A program made the position numbers and the translations under genes. A stretch of 64,000 bases of DNA from Nitrospiraceae bacterium (GTDB lineage: Bacteria; Nitrospirota; Nitrospiria; Nitrospirales; Nitrospiraceae). Of this stretch, positions 17,306-26,713 are shown in pieces (position 1 is the first letter of the stretch; every line of letters starts with the position of its first letter). The stretch lies in contig JBFWWG010000005.1 in assembly GCA_050246315.1 (NCBI GenBank), positions 1-64,000 on the forward strand, read 5' to 3'. Under the pieces are notes generated by a model. It had not been told where the DNA came from. It did no database searches and worked only from the letters and a program-made list of their open reading frames with translations.

Positions 17306-19930
17306 TTACCAAATAATCTTACCCCACCCTGATCCCTCTCGCGGAATGGTGACCTTAATGTTTTTGGCAATCGGAGGCAGATCGACGGTCTCGCCCTCCG
17401 GCGTGGCCGCCGACTCCAAAACCAGGACCGCTGTGGCGCCAGTCTCCGTCTCAGAGAGGTTCTTCAATGAGACTTTAAACGTCGCGTAATTGTTAAACAT
17501 CAACCGAATGTTCCTCAGACGTGATTCGCTCATGCGCGACATGTCTTGGAGGTCCGCCAGGTCACGTTGCTCGTAGGCCGAGCGAAACCGGTCAAGGAGC
17601 CCACGAAGCTGCTCTTGGGACGACGCTTTTGCAACTTGAATGGCCTTCTGACGCTCTGCTTCCTCGGCGTCGCGTAGCCGCTCTTGTTCCATCCGTTTGC
17701 GGTCAGCCTCCTCCTTTGCGCGCTGGACGGTCTTTTCCTTTTCTGCTCGTTCCTGCGTGGCCCGTTCTTGCGCGGCCCGTTCGTCATCCAGACGCCGTTG
17801 CTCTTCTTCCCGGGCCTTTTGGAGGCTGAGCTCCTTTTCCTTGGCCAGGCGCGCCTGTTCTTCCTCAATGCGCTTTCGTTCTCGCTCTAAGCTCCGGCGT
17901 TCCTCATCGAGCCGCTGACGTTCTGCCTGCTCCTTGTCACGCTGGAAGGCTCGTTCCTGCGTGGCCCGTTCTTGCGCGGCCCGTTCGTCATCCAGACGCC
18001 GTTGCTCTTCTTCCCGGGCCTTTTGGAGGCTGAGCTCCTTTTCCTTGTCCAGACGCGCGTGTTCTTGTTCGAGCTTCTTGCGCGTCACCTCCAGATCGGC
18101 CTGCCTCGCTTCCATTTCCTCGCGTGCTTTCTCCAGACGAGTGGCCTCTTGAGCCTTCCGCTGTTGCTCCTCGATAGTCGCCTGTTGGATCGCATGGTCC
18201 TTTTCCTTGGCCAGCCGTTGCTGCTCTTCTGTAAGTCGTTTGCGCTCAGCTTCCATGCTGGCTTGCTGCGCTTCCAATTGCCGACGCTCTTGTTCCAGCT
18301 TCGCAGCGGCCTCAGCCTGTCGCTGTTGTTCTGCCTGCAACGCTTGTTGCGCCAGCAGGGCTTTCTCCTTTTTCTGCTTGGTTCGCTCCTGACGTAAGCG
18401 GTCGCTCTCAGCTTGCTCCTTCTCCCGTTGGATCTTGGCGAGCCTCTGCTTGTCCTCCAGTCGAGATTGATCCTGCTGAAGTTGTCGACGTTCCGCTTCG
18501 AGTTGCGCCTGGGTATTCTTCGTTGTGGACTGGTTCTGAGACTTGTCTTGATCTACGAAAGGGCCGGCCGGGGCGGTTGGTGTACCTCCGTCCGTCCCCG
18601 AAGTCGTTATTGGAAAAACCCGTTCGGAGGGCACGGCCTGTGACGAGGGCTGACCTTCTGGACGTCCCAGAGGGGCGGAAGCCTTCGCGGAAAGCGCCGT
18701 TCTGTCTGGGGCGGGGGCGAAATAATACACCGCCGCTGCGATCACGATGGCGAGGAGCGCCACGGTTATTATGAGGAGGCGGTGCGGCACAAGGGGGGAT
18801 GCGAGTCGAGGAGATGGCCTCGCCGGGCTTGGGGGACTCGGTGCAGTGGGGGCCTGTGCCCGGGGTGGCGCCACCTGCTCCGTGGCGTGGCTCGGCTCCT
18901 CCGTTCTGCCACGCTGGGCCAATACTGGATTCAGGACGGTGGCATCTGGAACTGACAGGCGCAGGACCTGAGGGGCGGTCCCGGTTGGAGGCTGCGCGAG
19001 GGTGCGATCGCGATCGGGCGCCATGGGTTCGGGTCCCCTTGCCTGGGGAGTTGTGAGGATCGTCGTGGATTCCGATTCGGTCGCAGGGGGAGGCAGGGGG
19101 GCGGTCGCGGGCAGACTATACAGCAGTTCCGTAAGCTGGGCGGCGAGTGCCTCCGCGCCCTGGAGCCGGTCGGCCGGATCACGCTGCGTCAGTTCTCGAA
19201 TCAGGCTTTGCAGATAAGACGGAACATCAGGGGGGAACTCCAACCGCAGTTCCTGCTGTCCGGTGATGAGTTTGCCCAATATCGAGGTCTGGGGAATATC
19301 GCGATAAGGGGTGTGCCCGGTCAGCATTTCATAGAACACCATGCCAAACGAATAGAGATCCGAGCGCCCGTCCAGCTTGAGGCCGCGAGCCTGCTCAGGC
19401 GACATGTACTCGGGCGTGCCGATCACCTGGCCGGTCGAGGTGATGGAGATCTCGTCCAAGGCGGCGGCAATGCCAAAGTCCGTGAGCTTGGTCTTGCTCT
19501 GCGGCCCGACCAAGATATTGGCGGGCTTGATATCCCGATGGATGATCCCATGGCTATGGGCATAGGCCAGGGCATGGGCCAACTGGAGCGCAATAGTGAC
19601 GGCTTCGCGAGGCGGGAGCCGGGTCCGCTCGCGGAGGAGATTTCGGAGATTCATCCCGGGGAAGTACTCCATCACCAGCAACTGGGTCCCTCGGTCCTGC
19701 TCCACCGAAAAGATCGTCACGATATTCTCATGATGGAGACGGGCCATGGCTCGGGCTTCGCGCAGAAACCGTTCGGCAAACGAGGGGTCGCTACTCAGGT
19801 GCGCGTGCACCAGCTTGATGGCCACAACGCGGTTGAGGGTGCGATCCAGAGCTTTGTAGATCACGCCCATGCCGCCGCGGGCGATTTCTTCCTGGACGAT
19901 GTATTTGTCGGCGAAGATGAGCTGCGACAT
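17306..19930 (-). CDS. Hanks-type Ser/Thr protein kinase with TM and long Glu/Arg/Gln/Lys-rich helical extracytoplasmic region
   Basis: ARGGMG, VAIK, HRDIKPAN, DFG, GTPEYMSPEQ; TM LLIITVALLAIVIAAAVYYF; ~300-aa charged helix. Confidence 0.95.
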   Translation of the reverse strand: MSQLIFADKYIVQEEIARGGMGVIYKALDRTLNRVVAIKLVHAHLSSDPSFAERFLREARAMARLHHENIVTIFSVEQDRGTQLLVMEYFPGMNLRNLLRERTRLPPREAVTIALQLAHALAYAHSHGIIHRDIKPANILVGPQSKTKLTDFGIAAALDEISITSTGQVIGTPEYMSPEQARGLKLDGRSDLYSFGMVFYEMLTGHTPYRDIPQTSILGKLITGQQELRLEFPPDVPSYLQSLIRELTQRDPADRLQGAEALAAQLTELLYSLPATAPLPPPATESESTTILTTPQARGPEPMAPDRDRTLAQPPTGTAPQVLRLSVPDATVLNPVLAQRGRTEEPSHATEQVAPPRAQAPTAPSPPSPARPSPRLASPLVPHRLLIITVALLAIVIAAAVYYFAPAPDRTALSAKASAPLGRPEGQPSSQAVPSERVFPITTSGTDGGTPTAPAGPFVDQDKSQNQSTTKNTQAQLEAERRQLQQDQSRLEDKQRLAKIQREKEQAESDRLRQERTKQKKEKALLAQQALQAEQQRQAEAAAKLEQERRQLEAQQASMEAERKRLTEEQQRLAKEKDHAIQQATIEEQQRKAQEATRLEKAREEMEARQADLEVTRKKLEQEHARLDKEKELSLQKAREEEQRRLDDERAAQERATQERAFQRDKEQAERQRLDEERRSLERERKRIEEEQARLAKEKELSLQKAREEEQRRLDDERAAQERATQERAEKEKTVQRAKEEADRKRMEQERLRDAEEAERQKAIQVAKASSQEQLRGLLDRFRSAYEQRDLADLQDMSRMSESRLRNIRLMFNNYATFKVSLKNLSETETGATAVLVLESAATPEGETVDLPPIAKNIKVTIPREGSGWGKIIW
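17745..18047. repeat. Perfect 99-bp intragenic duplication (17745-17843 and 17949-18047) in the kinase helix
   Basis: KEKELSLQKAREEEQRRLDDERAAQERATQERA encoded twice by identical DNA, 204 bp apart. Confidence 0.9.
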
Positions 19931-20001
19931 GGCACGCTCGCCCGCTTACTTAAGTGGGAGGAGGAAGGCCCATTACCTTATCTTATACAAAGTGCGCCTC
20001 G

Positions 20002-20907
20002 CTATTTCTGATCCAGAATGATGAGCACCTTGGCTTGCTTCAGAAATCGGAAGTGTTCCGGAACGCCATGGATAGTCTGGGCATCGGCATCGCTGATCAC
20101 GAGATCGGTATGATTATTTCCTTCACTCCGCAAGGCCTTGACGGTCAGCGGAACGGCGGTGACACGGGGGTGGGCCTGGGCTGTGATCGGATCTGGGACA
20201 TACACAACGATTCGATCATCAGGCGAGGGTTTTTGCTTCACATAGGCGACGGAGTAGGCTTCTTCTCCTTCCTCATTCACAATGCGCGGATACATGCCGG
20301 CCTTCGCTCCTATGCCTCGTGCATCGATGACCAGACCTGTATAGGCCTTGGGTTGGACTGGGCTAGGCTGCTGTGCCTTGGGTTGATAACGCGGCAGCGG
20401 ATCGGATCTTGGCATCGTTTTCGGTTGCACGAGCGATGAGAGGTCTCCGGCAATTTTCATCTCAACTGTGGTTTCGTACGAACCGTCCGGGAGTTCTTGT
20501 TCTTTCACCACCTTCGCCCCTTTGACCATCCCTTCCACACGGGTGCGAATCTCGTCGTTGGTGGTGACATAGTTATTGATGGTTGTTGTCGAATCAACGT
20601 AGACGCCCTTGACGACTTCGAGCAGATTTCGGAGGGCCACAGACCAGGCGGCCGTCCGAGCCATTTCTCTTGCCTGAAGGGCGTTTGCCGGATTCTTTGG
20701 CGGAATGCCGAAACCCTTTGCCGTCACCACGCCCGCAGTCCAGTCCGCATGTCCGTGCGGAGTGACCATGTCGCTATAGTGTCCTGATTCGCTCGAACCG
20801 GGGGAAGCGGCGATTCCATGATGTGTTCCAGATGTAAGAACCTGTCCGAGGAGAATGAGCGCGATTAGGCTGACTGTTCCGGTAATCGAGCATGAATGCC
20901 TTTGCAT
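20002..20907 (-). CDS. Exported LPP20-family-like protein
   Basis: AGGAGG RBS; DWTAGVVTAKGFG...ARTAAWSVALRNLLEVVKGV...YTGLVIDARG. Confidence 0.75.
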   Translation of the reverse strand: MQRHSCSITGTVSLIALILLGQVLTSGTHHGIAASPGSSESGHYSDMVTPHGHADWTAGVVTAKGFGIPPKNPANALQAREMARTAAWSVALRNLLEVVKGVYVDSTTTINNYVTTNDEIRTRVEGMVKGAKVVKEQELPDGSYETTVEMKIAGDLSSLVQPKTMPRSDPLPRYQPKAQQPSPVQPKAYTGLVIDARGIGAKAGMYPRIVNEEGEEAYSVAYVKQKPSPDDRIVVYVPDPITAQAHPRVTAVPLTVKALRSEGNNHTDLVISDADAQTIHGVPEHFRFLKQAKVLIILDQK

Positions 20908-21596
20908 CGCTTCGATCCTCCTTCTTGGTTCAGGCATGAGGATGATCCACTGCCCGGCCATCGTAAGCCAGAACGGCCATGGAGGAGGCAATGGGTACGG
21001 TGTGCCTGTATTCTAGGTCATGATCACCTTGGAAGTTACAGCACTTCTCACGAACCATGTTCTTGCACCGACTGCGCCGACACCATCGTGTCATGCAGAC
21101 CCTATTCCACTGCATTCCCCAAAAACATGTTCAATCTTTGGAGCATTTCCATACGGTTGCCACTGGCTTCAATCAAGAACAGTTATCGAAAAAGATACAG
21201 CCCCATGTCCGCCTTGATAGTGCACGAAACAAGAACGCTTGAACGGTCACTTCAGTAAAGGGATGGGACGGGAGAATGCCTCCATCCCTCACAGTCTGAT
21301 GAAGTTGCGCGCATCATCAAGCATGTGAGATCGAGTGTCAAGAAAGGCCCTCCAGGCTTGTGTGTGTGGCCAGAGACCACTGGATAGCTTCACGAAATTA
21401 ATCCGACAATAGGTTCCCCGCGCTTTCACACTTCAGCCCCACCGCTCCCACTGCCAACATCTGAGCCACTGTAAGAACGCCCCGAACGATACGACTCCCT
21501 TGCATGAGAGTAACGATCATTCTCCTGTGTCTATCCTTTGCGGGATGTCAATTTCTGATCTCAGGGCAGGACCAACGCTAGCAGCAGGATCTGACA

Positions 21597-22031
21597 ATGA
21601 AGAGGCTGTGGCACCGGCATCGGGTCTGCTGGACGACTCACGATCACAACCGGGTGCGTCAATTATCAGATGAATTGCATGGCGCGGCTTTGCAGGAGGT
21701 GGCGGGACGCACGGCCGTTCCCCGGCTGTTGCGATCACTGGTCACGGCGCCGCCGGTGCGAACCGCTATCGATCCGAAGGCGGTGGCGGCGGCCTGTCTG
21801 GCGCGAGTCGCCTCGCTCGCCCTAGCGGCCGGCGATGGGCATGAAGCAGAGCGGGTCGTCCGTTTAATTGCCGAGCACTATGCCGAACCGGACTATGCGT
21901 TCTATCTCGATCTGGCCCAGGGGCAAGTGAGAAACCTGGGAGAGGAGACAGGATATTCCCCTGTTGGGCCGGTCCCAGCCATCCGGAGCATGCCGCGGGT
22001 TGTCTCTCGACCTCAGGGGAACAGGAGATGA
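21597..22031 (+). CDS. Hypothetical protein
   Basis: 144-aa ORF with ATGA overlap to the aquaporin. Confidence 0.5.
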   Translation: MKRLWHRHRVCWTTHDHNRVRQLSDELHGAALQEVAGRTAVPRLLRSLVTAPPVRTAIDPKAVAAACLARVASLALAAGDGHEAERVVRLIAEHYAEPDYAFYLDLAQGQVRNLGEETGYSPVGPVPAIRSMPRVVSRPQGNRR

Positions 22032-22882
22032 ACGGGACGACCGAGGTTGGCCCTGAGGTGACCGCCCGTCGGACCGACAGGGCGATGACACGGTCCGTTG
22101 GTTCGACGGTGCGTCAGCACTGGCCCGAATATCTGATGGAAGGCGCCGGGCTTGGGCTCTTCATGATCTCGGCGGCCGCTGTAACAAGTCTACTGGAGTA
22201 TCCGGGGTCGCCTCTCCATCATGCCCTTTCCGATCCGATCCTCCGCCGCGTCCTCATCGGTCTGGCCATGGGACTGACCGCGATCGGAATTATCTATTCC
22301 CCCTGGGGCAAACAGTCGGGAGCCCACTTGAATCCGGCGGTGACCCTGTCGTTCCTCAGACTCGGCAAGATACAGCCGACGGATGCAGCGTTCTATATCC
22401 TGGCCCAGTTTGTCGGCGGATGGATCGGCCTTGTCCTGGCGGCCTCGGTCGGCGGAAAGTATCTCGCCGATCCGGCGGTGAATTATGTGGTGACCGTGCC
22501 AGGCGAATCGGGGCTGATCATTGCCTTCGCGGCGGAGGCGGTGATCTCCTGCGGATTGATGCTGGTCGTGCTGGCCTTTTCTAATCACAAGACACTTGCT
22601 CCTTTGACCGGTGTCTGCGCAGGCGGTCTGGTCGCGCTCTATATCGCTCTTGAGGCACCACTGTCGGGCATGAGCATGAACCCGGCTCGCACCCTGGCCT
22701 CGGCAATCCCGGCCCAGGTGTTTACCTCTCTTTGGGTCTATTTCATCGCGCCGTCATCTGGAATGTTGGCGGCTGCCGCGCTCTTCATGCCGGTTCATCG
22801 AAACAGAGAACTGGCCTGCCCCAAGTTGCATCATGCCAACCGACAACGCTGTATCTTCTGCGGCAAACCGCGCAGCATCTGA
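22028..22882 (+). CDS. MIP-family channel (aquaporin) with C-terminal Cys/His motif
   Basis: SGAHLNPAVT and SMNPART NPA boxes; tail CPKLHH...RCIFCG. Confidence 0.92.
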   Translation: MNGTTEVGPEVTARRTDRAMTRSVGSTVRQHWPEYLMEGAGLGLFMISAAAVTSLLEYPGSPLHHALSDPILRRVLIGLAMGLTAIGIIYSPWGKQSGAHLNPAVTLSFLRLGKIQPTDAAFYILAQFVGGWIGLVLAASVGGKYLADPAVNYVVTVPGESGLIIAFAAEAVISCGLMLVVLAFSNHKTLAPLTGVCAGGLVALYIALEAPLSGMSMNPARTLASAIPAQVFTSLWVYFIAPSSGMLAAAALFMPVHRNRELACPKLHHANRQRCIFCGKPRSI

Positions 22883-22929
22883 GAATCTGTACGGAATCTG
22901 GTGACTGCCCGGCTCGGGCCATCGAAACA

Positions 22930-23560
22930 GAATAGGGCTCTTCCGGAAATCGGGTGGGTTGCTTGTAAGACCCACACCCTCGGCGCGGGCGAAGAGACGC
23001 CCGCTCTCGCGCCTCCCGGATCGACCCGTGCGGGGCTCCGCAGGCGGACCCCTTCTGGAATTCGCTCCGCCACGGTCTGGCGACCGTGGGGCATCGGCCA
23101 GGTCCCGCTTTCCTTCCTGCCGTGCCCTCGGTAGGGCCCCGATCCTCCGGCAATGCGAGCGGGCCTCCCTCGCTCTGCTCCCCGGGACAGGCGTGAGGCG
23201 AGGCTGGAAGGGCGGCGCGCGGAGGGCCGCGGCCCGGGCGGGCGCAAGCCAGTCAGGTGCCGGGCTCGGGTGTCGCCGCGCCGGCTTCGCGCTCCGACGC
23301 GGCCTCAGAGGCGCGGCGACCACCAGGACGACATGAGAAGAGGGCGGCGACACCATCGCATCAGGGCAAGGCCCGGAGACGCCCGGCCTTCGTCAGCCGA
23401 GGCGATAAGGGCTAGCCTCGCTCCCCACACGAAAGCAGGAAGAACCCAGAATAATTGGGCTCACGCAACCGAACCATGGGTGGAGTTGGGAGAGGGCAAG
23501 GGGATCGTTTGTCAGTCGGAAAGAAAACTCGGTACAAGGCAAATGTAAACACGTAGGCAT
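22930..23560. other. Very GC-rich, hairpin-dense intergenic segment of unknown nature
   Basis: No credible ORF in six frames; several perfect stems (see findings). Confidence 0.5.
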
Positions 23561-23580
23561 TTCCTGTGAGACAGACCCTC

Positions 23581-24351
23581 TCAGATGCCCGCGTACCATT
23601 CGTAGCCCTGGTCTTCCCAGTACCCGCCTTTGCCGCCGCCGAAGCCGGTCAGGCTGTCGGTCAGCTCCAACCCCATCAGGTACTTGGCCTGCTTGTACCC
23701 GAGCTGTCGCTCGAAGCGGAGCCGGAGTGGTGCGCCGTGTGGGATGTCCAAGGGCCGATCGTTCATCTCATAGGCCAGGATGGTCTGCGGATGGTAGGCG
23801 TCTTCCAGCGCCATGCTCTCATAATAGGGCACGTTGTCCTCGTCCAGGTCGGCGCAATGGAACATGACAAAACGGGCGGATGTCTGTGGCTGCACCAGTT
23901 CCATAATCGCTCGCAGCGGGACGCCTGTCCATTTGCCGATCGCGCTCCACCCTTCGACACAGTCGTGTCGCGTGATCTGTGTACGGGAGGGCAGCGACTT
24001 CAGGTCCTCAAGGGACAAGCCGGCAGGCATTTTCACCAACCCGGTCACCATGAGCCTCCAATCTCTGAAATTGTCGACGGCGAGCGCGTCATAAAGCCGA
24101 TTGTTCGGATCTGTGTTGCCATTGGCAGGAAAGACGGCGGACAGGTCGGCCTCCTCGTATTCCTTGGCCATGGCTTGCGCCGGCGTGAGGGCCCGCTGGA
24201 TACGGTCCGTCAAGCGTTCCGTCCTGCCCAGAAACCTGCGTATGTCCTCTCGGCTGGAGAGCCCGTCGCATCCGGCGAGGGCCAACAGGCCGGCCGCCTG
24301 CATGGTGTGGGTGAGAAAGCGACGCCGATCAAGTCGTGTGTCAAAGTTCAT
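23581..24351 (-). CDS. Tat-exported molybdopterin oxidoreductase, sulfite oxidase family (MsrP/YedY-like)
   Basis: DRRRFL Tat motif, ALAGC, QITRHDCVEGWS, HGAPLRLR, GYWEDQGY. Confidence 0.9.
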   Translation of the reverse strand: MNFDTRLDRRRFLTHTMQAAGLLALAGCDGLSSREDIRRFLGRTERLTDRIQRALTPAQAMAKEYEEADLSAVFPANGNTDPNNRLYDALAVDNFRDWRLMVTGLVKMPAGLSLEDLKSLPSRTQITRHDCVEGWSAIGKWTGVPLRAIMELVQPQTSARFVMFHCADLDEDNVPYYESMALEDAYHPQTILAYEMNDRPLDIPHGAPLRLRFERQLGYKQAKYLMGLELTDSLTGFGGGKGGYWEDQGYEWYAGI

Positions 24352-25255
24352 GGATGGATTCCTCCACCGGAAGTCGGTACCAACCGGTAATCATGGAACG
24401 GAGATGATTGACGAATCCCGTCAGGATGACTTGCGAGACGTGGATGACAATGAAGCCGACGAAGGCAAAGCAGGCGAGAAAGTGAATCGTCCGGGCGCTT
24501 TGTCTGCCTCCGAAGAGATCCAGCAACCACGGCGCTGCCGCATCGATCGTGGGCGACATGGTCAGGCCGGTCAGCACGATCAATGGGCCCAGCCCGAGAA
24601 TCACCGCCGCATAGGCCAGCTTCTGCAGCACGTTGTAGTGCTTCACGTCGTCGCCGGTCGGATGCTTCAGGCGCACGTGGTCTCGGATCGCGCCTCCGAT
24701 CGTTCGCAGATCGCGCCCTTTGGGGATCACCTCGTGGGTGAAATGCCGGCTGAGCCACCCGTAGGCCCAGAAGATGAGGCCGTTGACGACAAAGAGCCAG
24801 GCAAAGAACAGATGCCACTGACGCCCCATGGCCAACCATTGCGGCCCGGGAATGGTGGCCCAAGCCGGAAAGCCCCTTGCACGCCCACCGGAGTAGCCGA
24901 GCAGGCCGGTCGTGTCGAAGTCGTGCCCGAGAACGGCGGTTATGCCATGCGGTTCCCCCGAATCGGATCTGACCGCCCGCATGGCCAACAACGGCTGGTC
25001 GCGATCGGAGCGGTCGCCCCAATACAGGGCTGGATGCGCATTGAAAATCTGGAGTCCGCTCCCGATCAAGACGAACAGGCAGACAGCGTTGACCCAATGG
25101 CTGAGTCGCACGGGCGCTGTGTGGCGATAGATGCGGCGATCGGGTCGAGTCTGTGGCGTGGCCTGAACCGGGTCGGCCTGAGCCGCACACTCTGTCGGTT
25201 CGATCCTGTCGAGGGAAACGATCGCCTCTGCGTCGTGCTCCAGTGTGGTTTTCAT
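24341..25255 (-). CDS. Membrane cytochrome b (Ni-hydrogenase/thiosulfate reductase cyt b family), partner of the Mo enzyme
   Basis: RLSHWVN, SGLQIFNAHP, WHLFFAW, YNVLQKLAY, ARTIHF, FIVIHV. Confidence 0.88.
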   Translation of the reverse strand: MKTTLEHDAEAIVSLDRIEPTECAAQADPVQATPQTRPDRRIYRHTAPVRLSHWVNAVCLFVLIGSGLQIFNAHPALYWGDRSDRDQPLLAMRAVRSDSGEPHGITAVLGHDFDTTGLLGYSGGRARGFPAWATIPGPQWLAMGRQWHLFFAWLFVVNGLIFWAYGWLSRHFTHEVIPKGRDLRTIGGAIRDHVRLKHPTGDDVKHYNVLQKLAYAAVILGLGPLIVLTGLTMSPTIDAAAPWLLDLFGGRQSARTIHFLACFAFVGFIVIHVSQVILTGFVNHLRSMITGWYRLPVEESIHEL

Positions 25256-25421
25256 CGCTGGTCCTCCTGCCGATGAGTCGGGACAGGAGGGTGATTCTTA
25301 CGCGAGTGGTGAACGGCTTGAATCGGGCGGGCGAGCGGCCGACGCTTCACAGAACAAGACCTGCGAAGGCTGGCGCCTCCGCAGGCCGGTGTATGTCGAA
25401 AGGGCCTCTGACTGGTCGCGA

Positions 25422-25847
25422 TTACTGCACGATCACGGGCAGGTCCTGCCTCATCCCCTCACCTTCATGCTGTAATGCCTCGGCCGCTTCCTTGGCGCTG
25501 GAGTGGGCCTTCTGCTTCTTGGCCTTCACGTGAGCCTTCGTCTGTTTCTGATGATTCTTTGCTTTTTCCGCCGCCTTGGCCGTCTTCTTCCTTTCGGCCT
25601 TCATCGCACCTTTCTTGGCCTTGTGTTCGGCCTTCATCTGCCCCTGCTTGGATTTGAGGTCGCTCTTCATCTGTTCCTTCTGTGCCTGACCCTCATCTTG
25701 GTAGGCCTTCATCTCGTCTGCCATCTGTCCCATCTCCGGTGCCATGGGGGTTCCAAGGTCCATGGGCTCATCAGCGAGAGCCAGTGAGCCGAATCCAAAC
25801 AAACACGACAGTGCCACGACGGGGATTGCAACGTGACGCATCGCCAA
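25422..25847 (-). CDS. Exported Met/Lys-rich low-complexity protein
   Basis: Signal peptide ending ALA, then DEPMDLGTPMAPEMGQMADEMK... and Lys/Ala-rich helix. Confidence 0.7.
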   Translation of the reverse strand: MAMRHVAIPVVALSCLFGFGSLALADEPMDLGTPMAPEMGQMADEMKAYQDEGQAQKEQMKSDLKSKQGQMKAEHKAKKGAMKAERKKTAKAAEKAKNHQKQTKAHVKAKKQKAHSSAKEAAEALQHEGEGMRQDLPVIVQ

Positions 25848-26090
25848 CCTCCTTACAGATGGATAGACAGGGCGCCGGGAACCGTCGCCTCCAGTACAGA
25901 TAGCCCAAGGCCGACCCTCTCACAATGAATTTCATGAATCGTGCGTGGCAGTCCCTGCGATTCATTGCCTCGGTTCAACGGATGTAAGGACGGGCGCGGG
26001 CCGCGGACTACAGGGGCGTCAAGGGCGAGTCAGGCGGCGTAACACCAGGCTCGCGAGACGAACCAACACCATCACACAAGGAGGAGTTCC

Positions 26091-26615
26091 ATGCGTAGGG
26101 ACCGTATGTCGACAATGGGTTCCGTGGCGGTCTGTGCGGCCGTTTGGGCGGTCACCTTCGTCGGTGTGTCGGGTGCCTTTGCAGCCGATGCGCACACCAC
26201 ATCGAAGTTCGAAGGGGCGAAGGCCAACAGCGGGACTGCCACGCACGGCCGGCAAGGAAACCAGGACACCTTGACCTGGTCGGATGATTTCAAGATTCCG
26301 GACACACCGGCTCCGCATTGGCAAGTGGTAGATTCCAAAGGCAACGTCTACCTGCTCAACCGTCTGAAGATCAAAGGCGGTCTGTTGGGCGGCGACAAGG
26401 AAAATCGCACGATCACCGTCCCGTCTTACGTGCACGATGTAGCGAAGGTGCAGATCTGGTGTGCCTGGGCCGAGTCGCTGCTCGGAGAAGCCTCGTTTGC
26501 CAAGCCGATCGCGATGGCCGGATTCGAGAACGGCATGCGGGCCGAGGGTGGCATGAAGCAGGACAACATGAAGCAGGACAGCATGAAACACGACGGCATG
26601 GCGATGGGGCGGTAA
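26091..26615 (+). CDS. Exported DM13-like protein with C-terminal MXKDX-like pentapeptide repeats
   Basis: Signal peptide; PDTPAPH...VQIWC; tail MKQDNMKQDSMKHDGMAMGR. Confidence 0.75.
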   Translation: MRRDRMSTMGSVAVCAAVWAVTFVGVSGAFAADAHTTSKFEGAKANSGTATHGRQGNQDTLTWSDDFKIPDTPAPHWQVVDSKGNVYLLNRLKIKGGLLGGDKENRTITVPSYVHDVAKVQIWCAWAESLLGEASFAKPIAMAGFENGMRAEGGMKQDNMKQDSMKHDGMAMGR

Positions 26616-26623
26616 CACCATCT

Positions 26624-26671
26624 CCAGTCGGCTGGGATGGGGAAAAGACCGAACCGTCCCAGCCGGGCTGG
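26624..26671 (+). terminator. Strong hairpin downstream of the Met-rich protein gene
   Basis: CCAGTCGGCTGGGATGG...CCGTCCCAGCCGGGCTGG; lacks a clear U tract. Confidence 0.4.
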
Positions 26672-26713
26672 GACGCTCCTGGCTTGGATGTGATGTTGAG
26701 AAGGAGATTGGCG

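Noticed and set aside
1626..20907. A complete T6SS or prophage tail locus
   Set aside because: No hcp, vgrG, PAAR, baseplate, TssJLM, ClpV or phage structural genes are visible in the window
22754..23548. Several Arg/Pro/Gly-rich ORFs in the GC-rich segment
   Set aside because: Low-complexity products expected from high GC; no recognisable motifs
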